Source: Dicyema japonicum (Eukaryota; Animalia; Dicyemida). From it: a stretch of DNA of 64,000 bases. Both the position numbers and the translations under genes were made by a program. Of the stretch, positions 48,520 to 60,189 are shown in pieces; within the stretch, counting starts at the first letter, position 1; each line of letters opens with the position of its first letter. The DNA is taken from the NCBI GenBank assembly GCA_011109175.1, contig RDEW01000026.1, positions 637,695 through 701,694 of the forward strand, written 5' to 3'. The notes below the pieces were generated by a model. The model saw nothing but the letters and a program-made list of their open reading frames with translations. It did no database searches and was not told where the DNA came from.

Positions 48520-50330
48520 AGGAATTTAGTGGGTTCATTACCAGAGTAAACAGCTGGGGAGAGGATGACTCACCATGCAAGATTCCTCTCCCGAGTTTGA
48601 TCTTTCCAATTCTTTTTTTGTTAAGGTTTAAAATAACATTCCACTTGCTTATTAGATTCTTGATAAACTTCAAATCCATTCAGGAACTCCAGAGCTATCA
48701 AGAACATGATACAAAAATTCATAATTGACAGAAGCCTTCTTCACATCAATCCATGTTGAGAATAAGCTATTTCCATGTTCAGCATTAACACACTGATTTA
48801 TTAAAGCCTGCTCCTTTGCATTTGGTTCTTCCTTTTGCTCCAAGCTGATTATCCGAGATCTGATTGACCTTCAATATAATCCATAATTAACACATTTTGT
48901 GACAAGTTTGTACAATGTAGGCATACACGTAATTGGTCGTAAGTCATTCGGAGAACAGCAGTCTTCTTTTTTCGGAATGAGGTACTAATCCGTGTAGAAC
49001 CATTCTTCCGGGCAATACTCACCGCTCACTATCTTGATGATCTCTCCACTCAGCTGACTATGAAGAGAATCAAATTTCTGGACAAAAAATCCATATACTC
49101 CATCACAGCCAGAGCTCTTCCAATTCGGCATATAGTGAATAATGTTCTTAACGAACTCAACTATCATATCTAGCGATAACTCCCTGCTCCTGTTATTCGC
49201 CTCTCAACAATATTCCTGTGAGAATAATTCTGATCCTTTTCCCATACATCTTTTCAAAATGACACACTCATCTTCTGTAACTTTACAATCATATTATTGA
49301 CGTCATCGTTGAGCCTCTGATAAAACCTCCTCTTGTTCAGCTCAAAACAAAAATTATCTCGTCTTAAAAATTTTCTTGATTCATGAATTGAGATTTTTTT
49401 CTCCATGATCTTGATTTTGTCTTAAATTAGGGTAGAGATCCTTTTCAGCTCTCCCTTCTTTATTTCTTGTATCCAAATGAGCATAAAACGTCAAGCGTTT
49501 ACTCCCTTTCTTCTTCTTGACTGCTTCCCAGTAAACCATAAACTAACGCAATTTTCTTTAATTTTGCAATTCTCTTTCCAAGTTTTCCCTCCAACAGCTT
49601 TTTACTGATCTTCTTTGTCAAATTTCATATTCGCATTGTACAGCATAAATAATGTCAGTTATCTCATTCATGTCCGTTGGCGGAGATGATGACACATAAT
49701 TTGATATCACTGCATTTAATGTAGTGAGAACATCCTTTTTAAACAACTTATATGGAATCTTTTGTGTGGGTTTCCTTCCATCTCGGGGAACTGATTTAAC
49801 TCTCTCAATTTGAACATAAAATTCTTCTTTGCATCTTCCATACATGGAAATTTCTGTTTTTGGTAAGTTGTTCTCTGAGCCTCCTGATCCGATTAAAGCA
49901 TCTCGACTTTTCTGGTCCACGGGAGTCTTTTTATTAGGCTTTACATTCAATAATTTTCTAGTGCCAAGTACACTTTTATGAGTGGAGAAACGAGCATTGA
50001 ATTGCTCGACGATGAGACTCCATCCACCCAGAAGGATTCTCCCGAATCTCCTTTTCGCAGAGTTGACAACCATTGAGATCCACTTGATCCTATCACCTAA
50101 TCGAATCTCAGTGACTAATGCTTTGAGGGACACAGATGAGCAGAAACATTTCCCACAGGAGATCGTATGCTAGTTCCATTGGCATCATGTAGTCCTGAAG
50201 ACACACTTCTCACCTCTAATTGGTTTCTATCTTCAATATTCTCTGCAAGAGGGCCCTCAGAATTTATTTGCAAACAGGTGAAAACAGACATACAGACCAC
50301 CACTAAAACAAAAATCATCGAGTCTTGTAT
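48520..50330 (-). mobile_element. R4/Dong-like LINE family D, 5' half
   Basis: GGWSLIVEQF, TDIIYAVQ, NWKSSGCDG, GILHGESSSPQLF; RT continues at 45576 after the RTE insertion. Confidence 0.85.
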
Positions 50331-50415
50331 AATTTATATTATATTAAAACTATAAAATTTATATTATATTTCATTTTTTATTATTGAACCAGAAAACTAT
50401 TGTCATATCCCCTAA

Positions 50416-50800
50416 ATATTAGTTTGTGGTTAAGACATTGTTTCTTTGGCTTAAATAATAATATCCAAAATAAACAAATTCAGGTGATCCCGTCCTCCCT
50501 CGACAGTTTTCGTATCTTTTCTCGGTGTTCCGACTGCCTTCTTGCGCATTTCCGATATGGGCGGGGTCCGCATACTCGAGTCCTTCGCAGGGGTACTGTT
50601 CCAGTCGCCTCTATCATATTTTCAAGGTTATCTTGGGAGGATTTCCACACGGAAAGATTTCCTTAGTACGTTTGCTGTCTTTACTTGAATGTTGCAGATC
50701 TTGTCTAAAATCGTTGCTGCAAGGTTAGATCCCCAGATATTACATGCGTATCCTATTGTAGACTCGATAAATTGTTTGTATATGACATCCAGTCCTGTTT
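50416..50800. mobile_element. LINE 3' fragment (family of 857-1362) with its terminal 47 bp inverted
   Basis: Body 50478-50800 is on - like 909-1240, but the 3'UTR/tail module lies on + at 50416-50462. Confidence 0.7.
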
Positions 50801-50993
50801 CAATAATAATATTTCATTTAAATTTATTAGCGTGATTTCTAATATTTAGTGATGAGTAGGGCAAACATTTTTTAACCTTAAAATTTGAAAAAATTTAACC
50901 TTAAAAAGTTAACTTTATAAACCAATTTTTTAAACCTTAAAATTAAAAAATTTTACTTTATTTATTCTCAATTTAAACATGTAAAAATAGATA

Positions 50994-52450
50994 CAGTAAA
51001 ACCTCTCGAATTCGCCAAATTCTCGAATCCGCCGTAATTTCCCAGGTCCCAAATTTGGCGGATTGATTTCGCGAATAAAAAAAACAATTGCACCTTTTCT
51101 TGAACAAGGAACTGTAAACACGGATGAGGATCCTATGCCTTATTGTGAGAAATCTAAATTCGATGATCAAGTTTTTGAAATATTTCAGAAACTACGCGAA
51201 GATGAGGTTCCAATATCAGGTCCTTTCGTAAAGAAAATTGCCTTATATACGGCTTCAAAAATTGGATTTGATACTTTCAAAGCTTCAAACGGCTGGCTTG
51301 ACAGATTTAAAAAGCGACATGAACTGAAATTTAAATCAATTTGTGCAGAAAAAAATTCATGTGACTTGACTTACATCAATGAGTTTTTTAAAATTCTTGA
51401 CGAGAAAATTATTCAATATGGAAGACAAAATGTTTTTAATTGTGATGAAACTGCTCTTTATATAAAAAGGACTCCACGAAAGTCGTTTGTAGAATAAATG
51501 AAGATACTTTTGGCTTTAAACAGGGAAAAGAAAGAGTCACTGTACTTCTTTGTTGCAATTCCATGGGGGAAAAACTTGATGCATTGATTGTTCGAAAATT
51601 TAAAAACCCTCGATGTCTCAAAAATTTCAATGTGAAAGATTTTGGAATTTCATATTCATCCTCTAAAAATGCATGGATGACTGGAAATATTTTTATGAGC
51701 TGGTTGACTCGGATAAATAAAAGATATTATACAATCAACAGAAAAGTATTAATATTGCTTGATAATGCGGGATGTCATAAAACTATTGAATTCTCAAATA
51801 TTGAGTATTTATTTTTGCCAAAAAATCCAACACCGTATTTGCAACCATTGGATATGGGAATTATCAAGACCTTTAAAGATTATATGATCAGTATTTGTGT
51901 TTTGATTCAGTATTTGTGTTTTGAGGAGGATGATGATGAATTCAAACGGTTGATAAACAAAATAAACCTTCGTCATGTATTTCTGCTAATTTCTAAAAGC
52001 TGGGAAAAACTTGATCCAAGTTTAATATTTAATTGTTGGAATCAAATTGAAAAGATTCGTGATTCCGTATAAATTGAAGATGCCATTACAGAAGAAATGA
52101 TCAACAATGCCGTAAACGAAACATTGAATGGGGAAACAGACGAATTCGTTGATAATATTTACAACGAAAGTTTAGAAAACGATAACATGGAAACAATTCT
52201 AAGAGAAACGCAAGAATTCAGTTAGAGAAGAAAATTTGTTACATATCTCCTGAAATGCTCAAAAAATTTTACGATTTTCGACTTAATTTTATGAAAAATG
52301 TAAGAAGTAAAAGGATTACTGGGGATAAATTAACTGATTATTTTTCTAAAATTGATTTTTGATGTTTAAAATCTCTGTTTTATTAAACCCCTGTTTTTGA
52401 GGTACCCCCGGTTTTTGGGGCACTTAGTGCCCCAATTCGGGGTCGGACTG
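50994..52450 (+). mobile_element. pogo/Tigger copy 2 with right TIR and a non-matching left end
   Basis: Left TA|CAGTAAAACCTCTCGAATTCG; transposase near-identical to copy 1 from 51063; right TIR caattcggggtcggactg|TA. Confidence 0.9.
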
Positions 52451-52589
52451 TATAAGGATTGCACTTACGAAAAGAAAGGAAAATTTAGAGAATCTTGTAA
52501 ACCACAGGGATTTTATTAAAACTATGATTTTTTAAATAAAAAATATTTCTTAAATAATTTCTGTATGTGGTAATAACTTTTTGACTTGT

Positions 52590-52668
52590 GAAATAAGGGG
52601 CGATAAAAAGATTGGAGGGACGAAAAAAATTGGAGGGGGCGATTAAATAAAAAGGTTGAAAATTACTG
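52590..52668 (+). mobile_element. hAT (Charlie-type) right end
   Basis: GGGGCGA subterminal repeats and AAAAAGGTTGAAAATTACTG|CTCTAGAT. Confidence 0.6.
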
Positions 52669-52826
52669 CTCTAGATCATTAGTGCCAAATACTCATAAGA
52701 GATGTGGTTCTAGTGACCTATTTACTGCTCACAAAAACGATTTGTGGATAATGATTTACGTATAACGTATGCCCGTATTGTATAGAGAATTATTCCACTT
52801 TATTCCTGATAATAAATTGCGGGCAA

Positions 52827-53200
52827 TTTTGGTGACGTCCCTCTTAGTGCTGGAATGTCTCAAAAATACTGTGAAAAATAGAATTTCTCCTTAATGACTA
52901 TTAATGTGAGAGGAATCAGTTCTGAAATACAAAAAAATCAACTTTGTCAACGGATTGGCTGACGCATGCCTTTAGGAAACTAAAGTACCCTCCAAACTGG
53001 GTAAAGACTAAGAATTTCTGTTTCTGACCGTAGCACTATGGAATGTGTTTGTAATGCATAAAGAAAGTATTGGAAAATCAATGACAGGATTTGCATCATC
53101 GAGATATGGACTATCAATAAGGCAACCAAATGCAATAAATTGCAATTAAATATAATTTAATAAAAGTAGTGAATAATAATTGTCGTATTGATACTGTCTG
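52827..53200 (+). mobile_element. Degenerate 5' end of an RTE-family LINE (short UTR + APE start)
   Basis: GGTGACGTCCCTCT...ATGTCT then LMTINVRGIS. Confidence 0.6.
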
Positions 53201-53444
53201 GGTTGATAAGACAAATTTATCACTTGAACACATTAGCACCACTAAATTTTGCTTCGAAAGATCTGTCCCTTGTTCCCTCAAAAAACAAAAAATTTTATTT
53301 TGAGTCAAAAAGCGATTAAGCGTGAAAAGGGTCGAAAAAGAATACTTGGATTGAAAACTAGTGTTTATAAATATAACATTTCTATTTATCGTGCTTCTGG
53401 AAAGTCACCTTTTCAGGTTAGCTTTATTAATTTTATTTTTTACA

Positions 53445-53990
53445 CGGACTCATAAGGTGCAATCTGTAGTAGAGAACACCAGGGTCCAAATTAAGGTAGA
53501 CAGTGTTATCCGTACCTCGGTGCTAGTCAAGCACAATAAACCGGACATTGTGGTACACGATAAAAAGTCTGGCCGAGTCCTTATCATAGAGGTTGGCATC
53601 ACGTCTCAAGACCGTTTGCAGAATGTGGAGGTGGAGAAATAAAGAAAGTATGACTTTCTTGCAAACGTGATGGGGCAGATGCTTGGTTGCAGGTCCTCGT
53701 TATTCCTATAGTAATGACGTGGGAAGTTATTGCAACAAAGTACCACAAGGGTTATCTGAAGCAGTTGGGGGTAGATGAGAAGCTCCAGGCTTATCTACAG
53801 TCCACTGTGTTAAAGCGGACCCTAGATAGCCTGACAATGGAGTATAGGAGGCAGAGCCCTGAGATGCCATATGGGCAGAGGTTTTAATTGGACAAGGCGC
53901 TCTCGGAGTTGTTTCAGCAACCAGAATCGAACCTGCCTGAGGAGGCTGGCGAACAGGTAGGCGAGGAAGGTTGTTGATTATTAAATATAT
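53445..53990 (+). mobile_element. R4-like family A 3' fragment (copy 3)
   Basis: KHNKPDIVVHDKKSGRVLIIEVGITSQDRL; matches 5640-6080 and 30845-31270 in reverse. Confidence 0.9.
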
Positions 53991-54029
53991 AAAACTTTTT
54001 TATTGTTTGTTAAATAAAGTGGGGTGTTT

Positions 54030-55487
54030 ATTGCTAATATATGGGACAATTTTTAAAGAATTAAATCAATATTTTTTGTTATTAACCTTATGACGTCAAA
54101 CAAGAGAAATGAACTTGATTTTAATACCAAAAACAAGATTGCTGAAAAAATCATAGAACAAAAAAGTTCTTATAGAGTAATTGCCCAACGATATGGAACT
54201 AACAAAACAGTCGTGGAAGAATAGCTAAGAATTTAGACAAATATACAAATTTCGATAACAGGCACGTTATCCGGACAAAATATATTCCAAGATTTGGTTC
54301 TTTGAACGAGTATTTGATTGGGGTCATTTCAAAATTAAGATCGCTGATGTGGCTCTCAGTTATTCTAACATTAAAGTCTCGCACTAAAACATAATGATAA
54401 TTCACTCAAGGGTGTAAAACAGTGGTTTTCATCATTCAAATGTCATAATATGAAATATAAACGGTTATCTGGAGAAGTTGCAAGTGCTGATTATATAACT
54501 GTGATGAAACATGCATTTATTTGAGAGGGCAACACAGCTATTCGTATGTACTACAGTCATCAAATGCAATGAAAAAAGACAGCGAAAAAATTACAGCATT
54601 GTTTTGTTGTTCAATGAATGGAGAAATTTGCATTATTTATTGGTAAAATTAAAGATCCTGGTGCTTTAAGCAATATGATTTTAAAGCAAACAATATTAAA
54701 TATGCTGCAAATAAGACAACTTGGTTAACGAAAAAATTTTTTATATATTAATGAACTGAAAAATAATTTTATTAAAGAAAATCGACACATTCTTTTGTTG
54801 ATGGACAATTTTAGCGGTCATAATATTGAAGAGCCAAGTAATATCAAATTTAACTTCATTCCTCCAAATACCAGTTCAGTAATTCAATTAGATATGGAAT
54901 TATTAAAGTAATTAAAAGTAAATAAAAGCTCAACTTCAACAGAATTTAATTAATCTTTGGGAATGTGAAGAAGTTAAATTTAAATCTATAAAATTGATAG
55001 TATATTTTGGATTAAAGAAGCCGTAAAGTTAATTTCTAAAGACACTGTTATTAATTGTTGAAAAAAGCTGGTTTGTACTATGAAGAAGTAAATCCTGACA
55101 ATATGGTGTTAGAAGATATTGAATTCAATGAACCTTTGGAAAATGAATCTGAAAATGTGAATGAATCAATATTTTTCAATCCCAAAATAACCTTTGAAGA
55201 AAGAATTGACCAAAATGATAAACCGTTTTCATATGAAGATTTAAAAGAAATAAGAATTAGACTTGGATCTCTTAAAAATGTGGTGTATGAATACGATATG
55301 TTCATTTGATGAGGTTTGAATCCAAATTAAATAAAGCTCCAATTAATAAAGAAAAAGTGATATTAGTATATTTGAAATAAATTTGTTGATTAAAAAATTA
55401 AAATATTATATGGGACAAATAATTATATGGGACGATTTTTAATAAAAAAAACCCCCTTTTTTGTCCCATATAAACGTGTCACTACTG
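54030..55487 (+). mobile_element. Degenerate Tigger element with ATATGGGAC subterminal repeats and an internal APE fragment (about 54230-54410, -)
   Basis: HTH NTKNKIAEK...RVIAQRYGTNK, YNCDET, LLMDNFSGH; right end GTCCCATATAAACGTGTCACTACTG|TA. Confidence 0.75.
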
Positions 55488-55489
55488 TA

Positions 55490-55645
55490 GTGACTTTGTA
55501 TGATGTTAAGTCACTTATTAAATCTTTCCTTTTATGTTTTTCTTTCAATCCACGGACGTGGAATGACGCCAGTTTGAAGAGATCATTAGTCATGTGTGAA
55601 ATAGACATAATTAATCAGAACCACGTTACCAGTTCAACCAACACG
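55490..55645 (-). mobile_element. RTE-family 5' end and APE start, truncated by the Tigger element
   Basis: TGGTTGAACTGGTAACGT...ATGTCT; KLASFHVRGLKEKHKRKDLISDLTSYKV. Confidence 0.75.
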
Positions 55646-55849
55646 AGGATTGAAAGGTTTGTTTAAAATATAATAAGCCAATGAAAGCTATAAATTTCAA
55701 AAGAAAAAGATTGAAATTATTAAATTGAGCCGTGTAGTAATGCAATTCGTCGTTCTACAGCATTTTATATTATTCGTGGATTCTTTAAGCAGAATTCAAA
55801 ATAGTAAATTACAAAATTGTCTATATCCCAAAATAATTGTTCATTTGTT

Positions 55850-57180
55850 ACGTATACAACCAATCACTTACTTTTTATTGATGACCTAAAATATAGAGAA
55901 GGAAGATGAGGATGATGAATAAGTTGATGAGTATTTCAGTGTGGTTGTAGTGTTGAGAAGTCTGTCACAAATCTTGAGTATATGAAAGATATAAAATTTC
56001 TGATAGACACAAAGACTATTGCTACCTCAGTGTTTTATAGGAGGCATGCTCACAATCATATAATCCGTGTTATTTCAAATATTGGAAGGTGTGGACTCTT
56101 TGGATTATTAATTTCATAAATATCATTTGCTTTTTATGGATGATTTGAAAATATTTGCTAAGAAGAGATAACAATTACTAGGATGATGGAAGACAAAAGT
56201 AGCATTTAAATCAGATGGACTTGAGAAAAACAGTGACAAGTAGGCTACCAATGTGGAATGCTTATTAAAGGATTTGATTGAACAGAGGGATATCGATATC
56301 TTGGAGTGTTAGATGAATGGAGTAACACTAAAACAGGAAATTTTACAAAAAATAGAAAAAGAATAGGTTTGACGAAACTGAATACAGAGAATAGATTCAA
56401 AGCAATAAATGAATACGCACTTCCACTTAACAATTGCTATATTGTAACCTGTATGCCAATCATGTTTAAGCTGATGACCAAATTGCTGGATAATGAGATG
56501 ACCAAATTGTCGAATACACAGTCTTAGGCCTATATGGTTCATCATCTTTGTAGTGATAGGTGGAGTATTAATTTGAACTATAATAGGTATCAAATAGGCA
56601 AGGTAATACTTAAAAGGACCATCCTTTAGGTTTATATCACGCCTCCACTCCTCTTTGTTTTCTGATTGGAACCAAAGTAAATACCAGTACGTTGTGAGGG
56701 TTTTTGTTTTAGTACAAACAATTTCATTTTATTGGTTCCACGCTCTAACAACCAAAGAGCACTACTTCACAAAGGTCTGTGCCATGGAGTTTTTTGATAG
56801 TACATAATATTCAAAGTCTGTGACTAACACACAAGTATGTAGAGAGTTAGTAATAGTCCTAGAGGAACACGAAGGAAATAAGTTTTGGGTGGTTCCGAAA
56901 CTCCAATTTCCCTTATGCAACAAGTTAACCTTCACTGTGGACAAATCCCTCAAATGAATTTGTGAATGGCATCGTTGCTATGTAAGACTTCACTAAATGC
57001 AAGGAATTTGTTCCTAAAACAAATCATTGAGTATTATTCAAGTGTTTAAAAATTAAATGAGTATGCTATCTCGTTGCTAAACTGCTACATATGTGTCGTG
57101 GAACTAGATCCCAGAGAGTATGATGAGATTGATGTTATGGTCCTTCTAATTTTCTAAGTATTTCACTTTCACGTAGAGAA
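55850..57180 (+). mobile_element. Degraded R4-like RT fragments (56440-57180 related to family A)
   Basis: NHLLFIDDLK-like motifs at about 55860 and 56125; TCMPIMFKLMTK; SLNARNLF. Confidence 0.7.
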
Positions 57181-57199
57181 AATTGGATATCAGTTTCAA

Positions 57200-57700
57200 T
57201 CTGGGAACTTAAAAAACCACAATTACTCCTCTGTCAACCTGTTCAACGACCTCTGGGAAGTCGAACTGGATGATGGCGGTTATTGAGCGGCCACATAGCT
57301 TTCGCTCCCAAAGATCGGATTAGAACTCCTAATCTTAGCTGGGGACATCGAACAGAACCCTGAGCCCCCAAAAATTGGAAATTTCTAAATTTTATTCAAT
57401 TTAACATAAAAAGCCTTGTACACAAATCCACTGAGTCTATTATCTTTCTCACTACTTACAAAATAGATATTGCCTTCCTATAGGAAACGACTATTCAGAA
57501 AATCAATTCTTCTTTATTTCAAAAATTATTCAATTTTTCCCCGTCAAACACTGGAGGCTGTGTAACCTTCATACACAAGTCTATTCCTTTCTTTGATATT
57601 TCTACTCGAACACACGGTCTGTTTTAGGTTAACAATCACATTGAGCTTACTTCCATCCTTGTCAAAATAAACCGCACAACTTACACATTCGTAAATATTT
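57200..57700 (+). mobile_element. LINE ORF2 start: 2A-like motif followed by APE
   Basis: LELLILAGDIEQNPEP (57320-57367), then after a frameshift FIQFNIKSL...IDIAFL*ET...GGCVTFIHKSI. Confidence 0.75.
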
Positions 57701-57809
57701 ACATCCTATCACCCGGTCTCTGTATGAAACAATATTCCCCAAACTGGCTGAATTACAAACGAATCAAAATGCCATAATCTGCGGAGACCTAAACGCAAAG
57801 ATCCACTTT

Positions 57810-58990
57810 CGTTATTATTATTATTTAAGCATTTCAAGAGAGCCACATTAATAATAGCATGTGCAGCAAAAGAAACAAAATTAGATTTCATCCTTTTCTA
57901 ACCTCATCTGTTCCTAGCCAAGGCTCTCATGATGTCCAGGTCGTCGGCATTTTTTAGATTTCTTTTAATATTGATTAGGTCTTTTTGTAAAACTATTGGC
58001 AGTGTTGTTCTAGGTCTTCCACGATAGCGGGCTTCTTGACTAACATAGTATGTTTCCATAGATATTTTCGGTAGGGATGTTAATTTTATCCTCAGAACGT
58101 GTCCGAAGAACTTCCATCGGGATTCCAGTACTTCTAAGCTGCTGCATCTCTTTATATAAATTCCTCAATATTTTCGTAGGCCAAGTAGTTCCTGTTATTT
58201 TTCTTAGCTGACCTCTGTGGAACGAGTCTAGTTTTTCCATATCCGCTGATGAGGTCGCTCAAGTTCCAGTGTTATATAAAAGTACGGGTTTTATGAATGA
58301 GTCGTATAATAGGATTCTCATTTTCGTGTTGATACCTCTTTGATTGAGCCATAGATTCTTCAGTTTATATAACTCAGCATTGGCTAGAGTTTTCCTACGT
58401 AAGATATCTTCGCTATCTCACATAAGTGAACCGAGTATTTTTACTTGTCGCTACTTCTCTTCTAGGACATTGTTCATCCTTCTTATCTCTGTGAGTTGTT
58501 TTCTCTCTGTTAACAGTAAGAAACCATTTCCCTAGTACATTTAGTGCTTTTTCTAATAGGTGTTCCAGGACCTCTTTGTCTTTAGAAATTAGGCCTACAT
58601 CGTCCGCGTAGATCACTTCTTCCGTCTTTCCTTGGTATAATGGTCAAGTTCCCTCATAGCGACTTAAAAATAAATTTTGAATGGTAGAGGAGAAAGGGAG
58701 TCTCCTTGTGGAGTGCCCGTAATTGTTTCAAATTTTCTTGAATAGGTCTTTCCGACTCTCACAAAGAGTTCAGTTTTGGAAAGTAGAATTCGGGTCATCC
58801 TTAGACTCGACTCATCAAGAAATCCGCTCAGCACCTTTCAGCATTAACTTGTTCCTGTTAACCGTGATAGGTCAATTCCAGAATATTGTGGCGTTACGGT
58901 ATCTTTGATATGTTGCACACCTCCATATGTGACTTCAGACCGCATCAGCTGTGGATCTCCCATCTCTTTCGTTAACCGGTCAAAAAGATA
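57810..58990 (-). mobile_element. RTE-family 3' half with (TAA)n tail
   Basis: GTPQGDSLSP, IYADDVG, LDSFHRGQLR, RGRPRTTLP; tail at 57812-57830. Confidence 0.85.
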
Positions 58991-59339
58991 ATGAGAGGTG
59001 GAATTTAGATTCTATCTCAACTTGAACATTTAGTCATCCTCAATGACAAAAAATCCAGAGCAGGACACTCCAATACTTCTCTAGACCTCTCTTTATGTTC
59101 TCCATCGATGTCGCGTAAAGTTATATATGACCTCCATTCATAACCCAATTCTTCTTTCAATCGAACTACTCTATTGTTAGGCACCGGAAAACCATAAATT
59201 ATGTCCAAATTGCTATCAGATTTTTCCATAAAAAATTCAAATCGCATAATGCCGTTTTATTCAAGATCAGGAATGTCATTAATTGAAGCAATCGTTCCCA
59301 ACTTTAATAGTCAAATTACAGTTAATCAACAAGAGGAAA

Positions 59340-59830
59340 TTGGAATGATGGAATAATTAGCACCAAACAAAACTTGAGGTAATGAGGGGACTTTATACAG
59401 TCGACAAAAAGTAGAATGTACACAGCCATGCATCCAGTATTGACAGGACCAAATTAAAGATAAATCTTTCTCTATGAATAATTTTTCTACTTCCACCTGT
59501 TTTAGGTGATCTTGAGATGTGTTTCTCACTTGTATTAGAATTATCTCATTCTTGATTTTGTTATATACGAAGATATCTGGTTTGTTGAACTGTATTTTTG
59601 TTTTACTCAGAATCGACTTTTATCTTAATATTCTGATAAAATCGACTGAATGCCTTTCAACTTTCTAGCCCTTTTGATTCCATATACTCTGTATAAATGG
59701 AGATGTAAGCATTTTACAACTTCGTTTTGTCCTCGGGCGTAATCACTATTCAACATTCTACCACACTGACTGACCAGGTGGTCAACAGTCTTCCTGTTTT
59801 TCTTGCAATGGTTACATAATGTGTCGCGAG
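59340..59830 (-). mobile_element. R4-like 3' fragment (zinc knuckle + RLE)
   Basis: LCNHCKKNRKTVDHLVSQCGRMLNSDYARGQN; FNKPDIF; SQDHLKQVEVEK. Confidence 0.85.
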
Positions 59831-59859
59831 CCACAGCAGTTACCGTCTATTTTCATTTC

Positions 59860-60181
59860 AGCCGGGTGGCATAGTGGTTAGGTGTCGGGCTAAAGTGACT
59901 TAGGTTACGGGTTCGATTCTCGCCGCTGATCATCTGGTGGAAGGTTCCACGCATCTACGATGCTAAATGGGTTTGACGAGTGACGCCGTCATCAGTGAAT
60001 ACTCACTGCGGAACTGGATTGTCTAGAAAGGACACTCACACAAGAAAGAGAAGTGAAGATCATTCCTTGGTTCTACGATTAGTTAAAATTAACTGTTCTT
60101 TACTTAAATAAAGTGTGTGTCCTGCCTATGCGTAGCTATATTACGGCTCTCGTGAAAAAGCTGTTATTAATTATATTATTT
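59860..60181 (+). mobile_element. tRNA-derived SINE, copy 1
   Basis: Head GCCGGGTGGCATAGTGGTTAGG...GGGTTCGATTCT with A box 59867-59877 and B box 59910-59920; hairpin-rich body; TTA-rich tail; second copy at 43225-43538. Confidence 0.9.
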
Positions 60182-60189
60182 GTATCCCA

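Noticed and set aside
7847-52450. A single 44.6-kb composite transposon bounded by the matching pogo TIRs
   Set aside because: The sequence after 52452 is not the continuation of the R4-A element interrupted at 7846 (expected TAGAGTTTCC...), so these are ends of two separate copies.
55620-55670. HDV-like ribozyme (CAA-TCCTCGTG-TTG resembles P3/L3) in an RTE leader
   Set aside because: No convincing P1 5' strand or P2 partner, and the full-length copy at 30745 begins downstream of this motif.
59860-59930. Functional tRNA gene
   Set aside because: Acceptor and anticodon stems do not pair properly, and it continues into a 250-bp body and tail shared with a second copy, so it is a SINE head.
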